Notes: generated by a model from the letters alone, not told the origin. A DNA stretch of 21,675 nt from a bacterium (GCA_046757525.1 JBHHYI010000068.1:1-21675); one strand, 5' to 3'; positions 1 to 8,125 are shown, numbered from the stretch's first letter. Numbers and translations are program-made.

Positions 1-250
1 CTTTGAAGGAAGACAGCATTTCGCGCGTCCAGAGCGAAAATCAGAGGGATGTCTGAGCGCCCGAGCTGTGGCTCGGGATTTCATGACGCCTCCCAAAATC
101 CCCCTAATTTTTTCACTGCACGCTTCAAAAACCGTCCCCCTTTTTCAAAAAGAAGGATTTCGCATCGGCGCCCGTTACCCCTCGATACGATCACCTGAAC
201 AGCGGCGACTTACTCGGGATGGCTCACACAGTGTTCTCTGGAAACGCCTG
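1..250. repeat. Composite intergenic repeat (REP/BIME-like), copy A, probably cut by the window edge; homologous to 13479-13716
   Basis: Shared blocks in the same order: ctttgaagg, cgtccagagcgaaaatcagagggatgtctga, aaaatccccctaattttttc, ggatttcgcatcg, acccctcgatacg, tactcgggatg. The 3' part also recurs at about 13174-13258. Confidence 0.9.
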
Positions 251-256
251 CTCTTC

Positions 257-285
257 GTAACGCAATCCGGCAGTTGCCGGATTGC
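257..285. repeat. REP-like hairpin (GCAATC...GATTGC family) preceded by GTAA
   Basis: gcaatccggca (262-272) and tgccggattgc (275-285) form a perfect 11-bp inverted repeat. Related hairpins occur at 13390-13412 and 13447-13463. Confidence 0.7.
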
Positions 286-669
286 CAGGGCATTTTTTTG
301 CATGGAATAGCACCCAAAGCGTGCACCACGCCTTTAGGACAATGAGGTCGACCTGTTTGTTGGAATAGGGTTGAACGATATTCGACGGAGAGTGCCGGGG
401 TCATAAGAAGTTTTCCTCTACAAGGCCTGATTCTTGATCCCACCATTCGCAGGGAACGTCAAATGGTCTACATGGGTTAAAAAATTGTCCGTGCCCTTAG
501 TTGTACTCGTGGCGGTGTTCAAACACAGCTATTTGGAAAGGGTTCAACAACTATCATAAAAAATTACAACTTAAATGGCAAAAAAAAAGCTTGGAGCTGC
601 GAACTTCTTGCATCAAGCGCGCTGGTGTGCGCAACGCCAAGGACTCCTTTGCCTCAGGCAGATGCCTTT

Positions 670-814
670 TGGCGTCAACTTAAGGGGCGTCTAACCACCC
701 TACCGTCACCCCGAGCGAAGCGTAGTCGAGGGGTCTGATTTAGGCACAAACCAGATTTCACGTCAGTCAGCCGCCTGACAAGAAATGACAGTTTGGGGGC
801 TTTAGTTGACGCCA
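670..814. mobile_element. Small inverted-repeat-bounded element (MITE-like) enclosing a REP-like unit
   Basis: tggcgtcaact (670-680) and agttgacgcca (804-814) form a perfect 11-bp inverted repeat. The interior gtcaccccgagcgaagcgtagtcgaggggtct...agattt...gaaatgac resembles the other REP-like units in the window. No clean target-site duplication seen. Confidence 0.6.
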
Positions 815-917
815 TAGGCAGAGGTCTGATTGGTTGCAGTGAAAACTATCCGCTTTTCAGAAAAGGAGGTATTTAAATCATGAATCGTCCAGAACCCAGC
901 GAATGAGGTGCATAGCC

Positions 918-1370
918 ATGAAACTCCTCATGTTGTTTGGCGTGCCACTCATTTTGTTTGGTTTGAATACATGTACGAAGAATCCTGCCACTGTGGCTAA
1001 TAAGTCCCTTGTGGATACCGAATGGGATTTGCAATCTTTCGAGGTTGTCGGTGTTGGAGAATCCGACATAGGCAGTCAGGGCATGATACTCGTTTTTACA
1101 AATGATGGTCGCCTGGAAGGAAGAGCCAGAACAATAAAAGGGGACCTCTCAGTACCAGGAAACTCATACGGAGGTGTGTATGAAGTTGGCTCAGACGGTT
1201 CTCTTTCTATCGAAATAACTCACACTACTGAACTAGGATTACCTGCTGGATCAAGATACGAGGAGTATCTTCAGACCCTTCGAAACGCATCAGCTTACGA
1301 AATAGAGGGGAATAGGCTTCGCATTTTCTACGATGACCAAACGAAAGCGCTCAACTTCAAAGCTGAGTAG
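918..1370 (+). CDS. META domain (HslJ-like) lipoprotein
   Basis: ORF 903-1370; likely start ATG 918 after gaggtg. Signal peptide ends in a lipobox-like LNTC. META-type pattern: LVDTEWDLQSF...F..DGRLEG...GNSYGG.YEV...TTEL...YLQTLRNASAYEIEGNRLRI. Confidence 0.8.
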   Translation: MKLLMLFGVPLILFGLNTCTKNPATVANKSLVDTEWDLQSFEVVGVGESDIGSQGMILVFTNDGRLEGRARTIKGDLSVPGNSYGGVYEVGSDGSLSIEITHTTELGLPAGSRYEEYLQTLRNASAYEIEGNRLRIFYDDQTKALNFKAE

Positions 1371-1541
1371 ACTGCAGGTTACCAGTTGGCCAAAGAATTG
1401 GTTCCGCATCTTTTTGATGGGATAAACTGGCGATTGCAAAATCTTGCCCTTCTACTGACAGCACGCTAACGATATTGCCTTCTTCCTATTCCCTCGGCCA
1501 AAACTGCCCCAAACCTTTCAATCCCACCACAGAAATCAACC

Positions 1542-1570
1542 TTGCAATTCTCACGACGGTTGGTTAAATT
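1542..1570 (+). promoter_or_regulatory. Putative sigma-70 promoter for the cytochrome c / SCO / PCuAC cluster
   Basis: TTGCAA (1542-1547), 17-bp spacer, TAAATT (1565-1570), about 70 bp before the cytochrome c start. Confidence 0.45.
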
Positions 1571-1642
1571 TGGCGGGAGAAAAACCGGAACATTCCAGGG
1601 TGTTGCAGCGGTGGTGCTTCGGGGAATCAATAAGAGTTAATT

Positions 1643-2113
1643 GTGCCAGCTATTTTCAGACTAATAACCGGGATAGTGGGCTTCGGTGCCGTGACGTTGC
1701 TAACTTTCACTGGCTGCGGTACCAACAAAGAGTCCTTTGACCCGCAGCAACTGCGGCACATGGTCGAGGTGCGGGACCGACTTAAACAGGACTTGGGAGA
1801 GCAGTACGATCTGCCGGTGCCGGAGGCCAGCCCCGAACAACTCAAACGCGGCAGCGACCTTTACGCCAGAATCTGCGCGTCCTGTCACGGCGGCCGGGGG
1901 GAAGGCAACGGCAAAATAGCGAACAGACTTGCGGGAAAGCCGTCCAACTTCACCGATTTAGCCGAGGCCACGTTTTACTCCGAGCAGGCGCGGCTTGATG
2001 TCATCCGGAAGGGCATTGCGGGTACCCCCATGATGGGGTGGCAAGGCGTTCTAACTGATGACGACATATTGGCTGTCTACCTCTATGTTCGTTCGCTGGC
2101 CCATTCAAAATGA
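1643..2113 (+). CDS. Monoheme class I cytochrome c lipoprotein
   Basis: Lipobox FTGC; G..LY...CASCHG heme-binding motif; distal Met in GTPM; C-terminal LT.DDI.AV..YVRSL helix. Confidence 0.9.
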   Translation: MPAIFRLITGIVGFGAVTLLTFTGCGTNKESFDPQQLRHMVEVRDRLKQDLGEQYDLPVPEASPEQLKRGSDLYARICASCHGGRGEGNGKIANRLAGKPSNFTDLAEATFYSEQARLDVIRKGIAGTPMMGWQGVLTDDDILAVYLYVRSLAHSK

Positions 2114-2275
2114 GTAACAGTTCAGGCCGTAGATGGATCGTTCAGTATGTCTATGCTGAACGCACATTAAGTCGGGATATTTATCCCCATCGAGACTGCT
2201 GCGGGAACAGATGTTCCCTATTAATTTACGTTCAGGATAAATATCCTTAACGATCGCTATCGGGTGAACTGTTAC
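2114..2275. mobile_element. 162-bp MITE, copy 1
   Basis: 11-bp terminal inverted repeats gtaacagttca / tgaactgttac. 8-bp target duplication caaaatga at 2106-2113 and 2276-2283. I see only 2 substitutions relative to the copy at 5560-5721. Confidence 0.95.
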
Positions 2276-2295
2276 CAAAATGAAAGGCTCGAACA

Positions 2296-2892
2296 ATGAT
2301 GACGAAAACGCACAAACTGATTAACCTGATGGTTGTCGCACTCATGGTTTCGACCGGTTGCCACACTTCGGAGCCGTCATTTAAGACTACGGTAATAGAA
2401 GGTCTCATCCCACCCTCGGATTTTACTTTGACAGACCAGAATGGCGAGCCCTTCACTTTGAGTGAACACAAGGGGGAAGTGGTTCTCCTGTTCTTCGGGT
2501 ACACCTACTGCCCCGATGTCTGCCCGCTCACCCTCTCAACCTGGAAAAAGGTAGAAAACGCTCTGAAAGAAGACGGCAACAAAGTGAAGTTCGTCTATGT
2601 CACCGTGGACCCTGAAAGGGATACCCGCGGAAAAATGCGGCAGCATCTTTCGATCTTCAGTCCCGATTTTATCGGCTTGACCGGTACCCTGGAGGAATTG
2701 CTGCCGGTTTATTCGGCCTACGGGGTCTATCGCGAAAAAGTGAAAATTTCCGACAGCGCGGCCGGCTACCTGGTCAATCACACCACGCGCATGTTTGTGT
2801 TCGACCGCCAGGGGAAGCTGCGCCTGGGCATTCCGTATGACGCTCCGGTTGAGGACATCGTGCACGACATTCGGCTGCTGCTAAGGAATTAA
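2296..2892 (+). CDS. sco: SCO1/SenC family copper chaperone (lipoprotein)
   Basis: Lipobox STGC; FGYTYCPDVCP (CxxxC); VTVDPERDT; copper-ligand His in YLVNHTT. Confidence 0.95.
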   Translation: MMTKTHKLINLMVVALMVSTGCHTSEPSFKTTVIEGLIPPSDFTLTDQNGEPFTLSEHKGEVVLLFFGYTYCPDVCPLTLSTWKKVENALKEDGNKVKFVYVTVDPERDTRGKMRQHLSIFSPDFIGLTGTLEELLPVYSAYGVYREKVKISDSAAGYLVNHTTRMFVFDRQGKLRLGIPYDAPVEDIVHDIRLLLRN

Positions 2893-2935
2893 CATTTCAA
2901 ACTTTACCTGTGGTCAAAAAGAGTCTACCGCAACC

Positions 2936-3023
2936 GTCATTCAGTAGGAATCTTTTTGATTTTCAGCAAAGATGCTGCTTCGACACTCATTTCTTAGAAT
3001 CAAAAAGATTCTTTCAGAATGAC
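2936..3023. repeat. Long intergenic inverted repeat (REP-like, GTCATTCAG..GAATC family)
   Basis: 2936-2961 pairs with 2998-3023 at 23 of 26 positions. A related element lies at 13288-13359. Confidence 0.75.
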
Positions 3024-3204
3024 AGATAAGGTCTTGTTTATATGATAGTTTTATCATCTCGTCGAACTGAGCAATGCTAGTAAAGAATTAGGCCCGGCTG
3101 CGCGGAGCAGAGCCACTGGTTCGATTGGTCTAAGCCTGGCAACAACCGCAGAGGAGAAATCCGACCAACACGGAATGAAACGCTCAAAAAAAGGAAAAGA
3201 CGCC

Positions 3205-3774
3205 ATGAGAAAACCTCGTTTGTTGTACCTGCAACGAGTCGTGTCAAGAATAGAATCGGGTGGCTTTTTATTGCTTCTGGGAATGCTGACGGCTTGTGGC
3301 TCGCCGTCCTCCAAGGATCCCAAAATACGGATCGAGCACGTCTGGTCCTGGCCGGTGAGAATCGAAGAAGAAAACCTGACTACGCAGAAGGCTATGGCTT
3401 CGAGCGCCGGGGCAGATTCGACGGGTCATGAAGCGGCGGCGGAACCAGCTCATTCGGGCGATACGGGCGTGGTCTATCTCACCCTGGTCAACGACGGTGG
3501 GGCCGCGGACCGTCTCACTGAGGTGCGCGCGGACGTTGCCGAAGCCGTAGAGCTACACCAAACCAGGATGCAAGACGACCGAATGACGATGCAGCCTATT
3601 CGCGGCGGCGTCGAGATTCCTGCGCGGGGCAAGGTCGAATTCAAGCCCGGAGGGGTACACATCATGCTCATCAATCTGCGCCGTTCGTTCAATCCCGGCG
3701 ATCGATTTCAACTCGTCCTGAAATTCGAGAAGAGCGGGGAACAAACGATCGAGTCTGAGGTTCGAGCGCCGTAA
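3205..3774 (+). CDS. Copper chaperone PCu(A)C (DUF461) lipoprotein
   Basis: ORF 3175-3774; likely start ATG 3205. Lipobox LTAC; VYLTLVN.G...DRL; ELH...M.M...PGGVHIML copper-binding motif; L.FEKSG. Confidence 0.93.
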   Translation: MRKPRLLYLQRVVSRIESGGFLLLLGMLTACGSPSSKDPKIRIEHVWSWPVRIEEENLTTQKAMASSAGADSTGHEAAAEPAHSGDTGVVYLTLVNDGGAADRLTEVRADVAEAVELHQTRMQDDRMTMQPIRGGVEIPARGKVEFKPGGVHIMLINLRRSFNPGDRFQLVLKFEKSGEQTIESEVRAP

Positions 3775-3869
3775 CGCGGTCGATTTGTTTTGGATTGCAG
3801 GAGAGGTATTTCGAAGCGAACACAAACTTCGCAGCAACTTCAGATGGTTCAAGTTGGCCACTAATTGCA

Positions 3870-3898
3870 TTGCTTATTTGATTATTTTTTCATAGATT
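3870..3898 (+). promoter_or_regulatory. Putative sigma-70 promoter for the Nudix-MBL gene
   Basis: TTGCTT (3870-3875), 17-bp spacer, TAGATT (3893-3898), in AT-rich intergenic DNA. Confidence 0.4.
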
Positions 3899-3973
3899 AA
3901 ATCGTAAAACTGTGAAACTCGCAATCGTCGAGATTCATTCAATTGAAAACCATCACAGGTCTGACTCGAATTC

Positions 3974-5464
3974 ATGCTCCGACAGGCTGTAAGTATTTTA
4001 CTGACCCGAGACCCCGGTGCCGCAGAAGCCTACCTGGTTGAGCGCAGCCCGGAATTGAAGTTCTTCGGGGGCTATTTTGCCTTTGCCGGGGGCACCGTGG
4101 ATGAAGAAGATGCTCACGTTGCGGTTCAAAATGCCGCCTCCGTACCTGGTGATTCTCTGCGCTATTTGGTCGCAGCCGCACGCGAAATGTTTGAGGAAAC
4201 CGGCATTTTGTTTGTCCGGAATGCAAACAGCGTTGGGCAGGCGAAGCGCAACGCCTACCGCAGGCAACTTCTGGCAAAGGAAATCAGCTTCACCCGCATC
4301 CTGCAACAGGAAGGCCTGGTGATTGACGCCAACGACTTCCACCATATCTGTTCCATATTGACGCCTGAGTTTTCTCCGGTTCGCTATGACACGCAATTCT
4401 ACTGGGCCAAAATTCCCGAGGGGGCTGCGCCAGAAATCTGGCCGGGTGAGCTGGTTCGGGGCGGGTTCTACTCAGCGGAGGAGGCGCTTACGCTTTGGCG
4501 CCGCGGCGAGCTGCTGATCGTGCCGCCGGTCATCTTCATGCTTAAAGAACTGCGAGAACGGTCCGTTGAAACGTTTACACCCCCTGTTCTCGCGTACGCA
4601 GAGAGTTATCGGCAAGGCAAAATCCATCAGGTGTATTTTTCGCCAGGCGTGCAACTGGTTGCGCTGCCAACACGAACTCTGTTTCCCGCAACCCATACCA
4701 ACACCTACCTCGTGGGTGAACGGGAACTGTACATCGTCGATCCGGCCCCGTCGGATCCTCGAGAACAGGAACGGTTGTGGAACTACCTCGATGATCTAAT
4801 CGCACAGGGCCAACGGTACCAGGGCATTCTGCTGACTCACCACCACTCGGATCACCTCGGGGCTCTCGTGCCGTGTCAGAAGCGCTACAAGCTGCCGGTT
4901 TTTGCGCACCGGAACACCGCCGAGAAACTGCCGCACGTTGAGTTCGCAGGGTATTTGAATCACGGCGATGAACTGGATTTGGGGCAGGCGCCGGACGGTT
5001 CTGCCGGCTGGAAGCTCAAAGTGTATTACACCCCGGGGCATGCCAGCGGACATGTGTCCTTCCGGGAGAATCGCTACGGTGCGGTGATCGCTGGCGATTT
5101 GATTTCTACGGTTTCGACCATTGTCATTAGTCCACCCGACGGTCACCTGGCCACTTACCTGGATTCCCTGCGCCTGTTAGAAACGGTGACCAGCGGTATG
5201 CTCTACCCGGGACACGGTCCTGCTGTGCGCCAGGGCAAGGCAGTGGTTCAATACTATCTAAAGCACCGCCTGGAACGAGAGGAAAAACTCATTGCGGCGT
5301 TAAGCGAGCACCCTCAGACTCCATCTGACCTGGTCAAGAAAGTGTACGACGACGTCGACCCCAGGCTTTGGCCTTTAGCAGAGCATTCGTTGCTGGCCGG
5401 TTTGATTAAACTGGAAGAAGAGGGCCAATGCTGCAAAGCCGGCAACGGGTTTGTGGTGGATTGA
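3974..5464 (+). CDS. Nudix hydrolase fused to a LACTB2-like metallo-beta-lactamase-fold hydrolase with a C-terminal winged helix
   Basis: Nudix box FAGG.VD..D...AAAREMFEETG and R(Y)DT.FY; MBL motifs TNTYLVG, VDP, THHHSDH, TPGHASGH, AGD, PGHG; C-terminal HRLERE...LV..VYDDV...L.KL.EEG. Confidence 0.92.
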   Translation: MLRQAVSILLTRDPGAAEAYLVERSPELKFFGGYFAFAGGTVDEEDAHVAVQNAASVPGDSLRYLVAAAREMFEETGILFVRNANSVGQAKRNAYRRQLLAKEISFTRILQQEGLVIDANDFHHICSILTPEFSPVRYDTQFYWAKIPEGAAPEIWPGELVRGGFYSAEEALTLWRRGELLIVPPVIFMLKELRERSVETFTPPVLAYAESYRQGKIHQVYFSPGVQLVALPTRTLFPATHTNTYLVGERELYIVDPAPSDPREQERLWNYLDDLIAQGQRYQGILLTHHHSDHLGALVPCQKRYKLPVFAHRNTAEKLPHVEFAGYLNHGDELDLGQAPDGSAGWKLKVYYTPGHASGHVSFRENRYGAVIAGDLISTVSTIVISPPDGHLATYLDSLRLLETVTSGMLYPGHGPAVRQGKAVVQYYLKHRLEREEKLIAALSEHPQTPSDLVKKVYDDVDPRLWPLAEHSLLAGLIKLEEEGQCCKAGNGFVVD

Positions 5465-5525
5465 ATGTCACAGCCGCAAAAAGCCTAATGCTGGCGTTGA
5501 ACCTCGGCTAAAGTGCAAAAGATGC

Positions 5526-5554
5526 TTGATTATTTCCTTTTTTTTTATTAACAT
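5526..5554 (+). promoter_or_regulatory. Putative sigma-70 promoter of the kinase / response-regulator pair
   Basis: TTGATT (5526-5531), 17-bp spacer, TAACAT (5549-5554). MITE copy 2 begins 6 bp downstream. Confidence 0.45.
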
Positions 5555-5559
5555 TTTTT

Positions 5560-5721
5560 GTAACAGTTCAGGCCGTAGATGGATCGTTCAGTATGTTTAT
5601 GCTGAACGCACATTAAGTCGGGATATTTATCCCCATCGAGACTGCTGCGAGAACAGATGTTCCCTATTAATTTACGTTCAGGATAAATATCCTTAACGAT
5701 CGCTATCGGGTGAACTGTTAC
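5560..5721. mobile_element. 162-bp MITE, copy 2
   Basis: Same terminal inverted repeats as copy 1. 8-bp target duplication catttttt at 5552-5559 and 5722-5729. Confidence 0.95.
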
Positions 5722-5817
5722 CATTTTTTTAATATCTTTGGTGGATTAGAAGTAATTAATATTTTGTTATTTAAAAAATATTAATCAGGGTGAATTTCGA
5801 CGGAGGAGTGAACGGAA

Positions 5818-6585
5818 ATGACCATCATACGGCTTGACGAGCAAGAAACCGCCTCACAGGATTCCAAAATTCCTCTCAACATTTTAAATAACACAGAATC
5901 TCTAAGCAAATTGGCAGCCCGACTGGCGCACGATCTAAACGTGCCTTTGGCTTCTATTCTGGCTTATGCTGAAGAGCTCGTTGATCTGGCCCAGGAACGG
6001 TATGGCGTCGAGGGATTTAAACAGCTTGTGGAGTACATCGAGATTATTCAAAAAGAAGCTAATCACTGTCAAGAGATCGTGGAAAAAATGCTTGCGTATG
6101 CCAAGGGATTGGAAATCAATCTGGAGTCCGTAAATGTCAACACGATTCTCAAAGAGATTCTGGAAAACTTCAAGCATACGATCAGGGGCAAAGCGATTAC
6201 TATCAGAACCAACTTCGACCCCAATCTGCCCAATATAACCACGGACCCAAGCGGTCTCCGCCAGGTGTTTATTAACGTCCTGAGCAACGCTGGTGATGCC
6301 ATCGACGAGCGCGGAGAAATATGCGTCCAAACCTGCTCACACGCCAAATGTATTCAGATAGCCATTACCGATACGGGCGCCGGAATTGACGAAACTTATT
6401 TGGAAAAGATATTCGATCCATTTTTTACGACTAAGGATTCTGGAAAAGGCACCGGGTTGGGATTAGCGGTCTGTAACGGTATCTTGCAGACCTTGAAAGG
6501 CAAAATAGAAGTAAGAAGTAAGAAAGGCCGGGGAACTACTATCTCAATCAGGTTGCCCAAGAAAATCAAAGTCATCCTAACTTAG
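5818..6585 (+). CDS. Histidine kinase (HisKA + HATPase_c, NtrB-like) with no N-terminal sensor domain
   Basis: SD ggaggag at 5802-5808; H box LAHDLNVPL (His38); N box QVFINVLSNA; G1 DTGAGI; F box IFDPFFTTK; G2 GTGLGL. Confidence 0.93.
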   Translation: MTIIRLDEQETASQDSKIPLNILNNTESLSKLAARLAHDLNVPLASILAYAEELVDLAQERYGVEGFKQLVEYIEIIQKEANHCQEIVEKMLAYAKGLEINLESVNVNTILKEILENFKHTIRGKAITIRTNFDPNLPNITTDPSGLRQVFINVLSNAGDAIDERGEICVQTCSHAKCIQIAITDTGAGIDETYLEKIFDPFFTTKDSGKGTGLGLAVCNGILQTLKGKIEVRSKKGRGTTISIRLPKKIKVILT

Positions 6586-6593
6586 TCAGGTCG

Positions 6594-7949
6594 ATGTCAC
6601 AGCAAAAGCCCACATTATTAATTGCCGACGACGATTCGAATTTCCGCAACATTATCTCCAATCGTCTGGTGAGAAAGAATTATCATGTCGCCATCGCCGA
6701 CAACGGCGACGAGGCTGTCAGACTGTGCCACAACAACACCTTTGACATTGCACTCATCGATTTGCGATTGCCGGACATCTATGGCATCGAACTGTTGAAA
6801 AAGCTCAAGGATTTGGACGACAAATTAGAAGTCGTCATCATAACGGGCTACCCCTCTATCGACACCGCGGTCGAAGCGATGAGCATCGGTGCAAGCTACT
6901 ATCTCAAAAAGCCGTTCAAGTTGGAGGATTTAGAATCCGTTCTGCGGAGAATTCTGGCTCATGAAGAAGAGCAACTTCAGGACAAGAAACTGAACGCGGC
7001 TGAGGTTTGGCGCCTGAACCATCAGGACGGCGAAATCATCGGCAAGAGCAAGAAAATAGAGCAGGTGCGACGCCTGATCGAAAAAGTCGCTAACTCAGAA
7101 GCACCGATACTGATCGAAGGGGAAAGCGGGGTTGGCAAGGAACTGGTAGCCCAGGCCTTGCATTACCAGAGCAATCGCTACAAGTTCCCGTTTGTCGCGT
7201 TGAATTGTGCGGCTTTGCAGGAAAACCTTCTGGAAAGTGAGTTGTTCGGCCACGTTAAAGGTTCCTTTACAGGCGCCATTAAGGACAAGAAAGGACTGTT
7301 CGAAGTGGCCGATAAGGGCACGCTGTTCATCGACGAAATCAGTGAAATGAGCCCCAATTTGCAGTCCAAACTCTTGCGGGCTCTGGACCAGGGTGAATTC
7401 CGTAGGGTGGGCGATACGCAAAATATTTCCGCCAATGTTAGATTGGTATCAGCTACCAACAAGAGCTTAATCGATGAAGTGGAAGCCGGCGGGTTTCGTG
7501 AAGACCTGTTCTTCCGGATCAATGTGATCACCATCGCCATTCCGCCATTGCGAGAAAGAAAAGAGGACATACCGCTATTGGTTGATTACTTCTTAAACAA
7601 GTATGCCGCAAAATCAGGCCATAAGAAAAACATAACGCCCAAGGCGTTAGAATTGCTCTGGCATTACAACTGGCCGGGAAACGTAAGAGAACTCTTCAAC
7701 CTGCTGGAACGGGCTATCGTCTTATCTTCTGACAGTTATATATCGGAGCAAGACTTGCCAACCGTCTATGAGGAACCGTTGTATGAACAAAAGGTACAAT
7801 CGAAAATTACTTGTTTGAAAGAATTGGAAAAAAATCAGATCCTCCTGGCACTAAAAATTGAGAATGGTAACAAGACAAAAGCCGCCTCATCATTAGGCAT
7901 AGGACGCAGACAACTCTACCGCTTGATGAAAAAACACAACATTTTCTGA
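6594..7949 (+). CDS. Sigma-54-dependent response regulator (NtrC family: REC + AAA+ + Fis HTH)
   Basis: REC motifs ADDD...D.ALIDLRLPD..G...TG...KKPF; Walker A GESGVGKE; ESELFGHVKGSFTGA; Walker B LFIDEI; FREDLFFRI; WPGNVREL; HTH GNKTKAA..LGIGRRQLYR. Confidence 0.96.
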   Translation: MSQQKPTLLIADDDSNFRNIISNRLVRKNYHVAIADNGDEAVRLCHNNTFDIALIDLRLPDIYGIELLKKLKDLDDKLEVVIITGYPSIDTAVEAMSIGASYYLKKPFKLEDLESVLRRILAHEEEQLQDKKLNAAEVWRLNHQDGEIIGKSKKIEQVRRLIEKVANSEAPILIEGESGVGKELVAQALHYQSNRYKFPFVALNCAALQENLLESELFGHVKGSFTGAIKDKKGLFEVADKGTLFIDEISEMSPNLQSKLLRALDQGEFRRVGDTQNISANVRLVSATNKSLIDEVEAGGFREDLFFRINVITIAIPPLRERKEDIPLLVDYFLNKYAAKSGHKKNITPKALELLWHYNWPGNVRELFNLLERAIVLSSDSYISEQDLPTVYEEPLYEQKVQSKITCLKELEKNQILLALKIENGNKTKAASSLGIGRRQLYRLMKKHNIF

Positions 7950-7991
7950 AAAGTTTGCCGTGCGAATGCGCCACAGACAAATGACCGGGTT

Positions 7992-8008
7992 TGTGACATA
8001 TTAGCACA
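7992..8008. promoter_or_regulatory. Candidate enhancer (activator-binding) palindrome
   Basis: tgtgacatattagcaca is an imperfect dyad about 100-120 bp upstream of the -24 element, followed by an AT-rich spacer. Confidence 0.45.
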
Positions 8009-8109
8009 GTTCCCCGTTTATCCCCCGGCATTGTAGAAGCCAGCCCTTTCTAACTGTTTAAAAACTAAATAGATACAGGAATGAAAGTATTCTTAAATTC
8101 CATCATTTG

Positions 8110-8125
8110 TGGTACAAAAGTTGCG
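8110..8125 (+). promoter_or_regulatory. Sigma-54 (-24/-12) promoter
   Basis: TGGTAC-aaaag-TTGC, with GG at 8111-8112 and GC at 8123-8124 (GG-N10-GC). One mismatch to TGGCAC-N5-TTGC. Lies just downstream of a sigma-54 activator gene and about 100 bp before the next start. Confidence 0.8.

Noticed and set aside
68..310. ORF 68-310 and similar ORF 13369-13674 (both contain PPKIPLIFSL)
   Set aside because: The shared peptide is a translation of the composite DNA repeat. The two ORFs have different starts and ends and no recognisable domain.
5451..5696. 81-aa ORF across the second MITE (and ORF 2105-2296 across the first)
   Set aside because: These read through a non-coding repeat and promoter DNA and show no transposase motifs.
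7260..7278. GSFTGA instead of GAFTGA in the activator
   Set aside because: A common variant that keeps the critical F and T; not evidence of sigma-54 independence.
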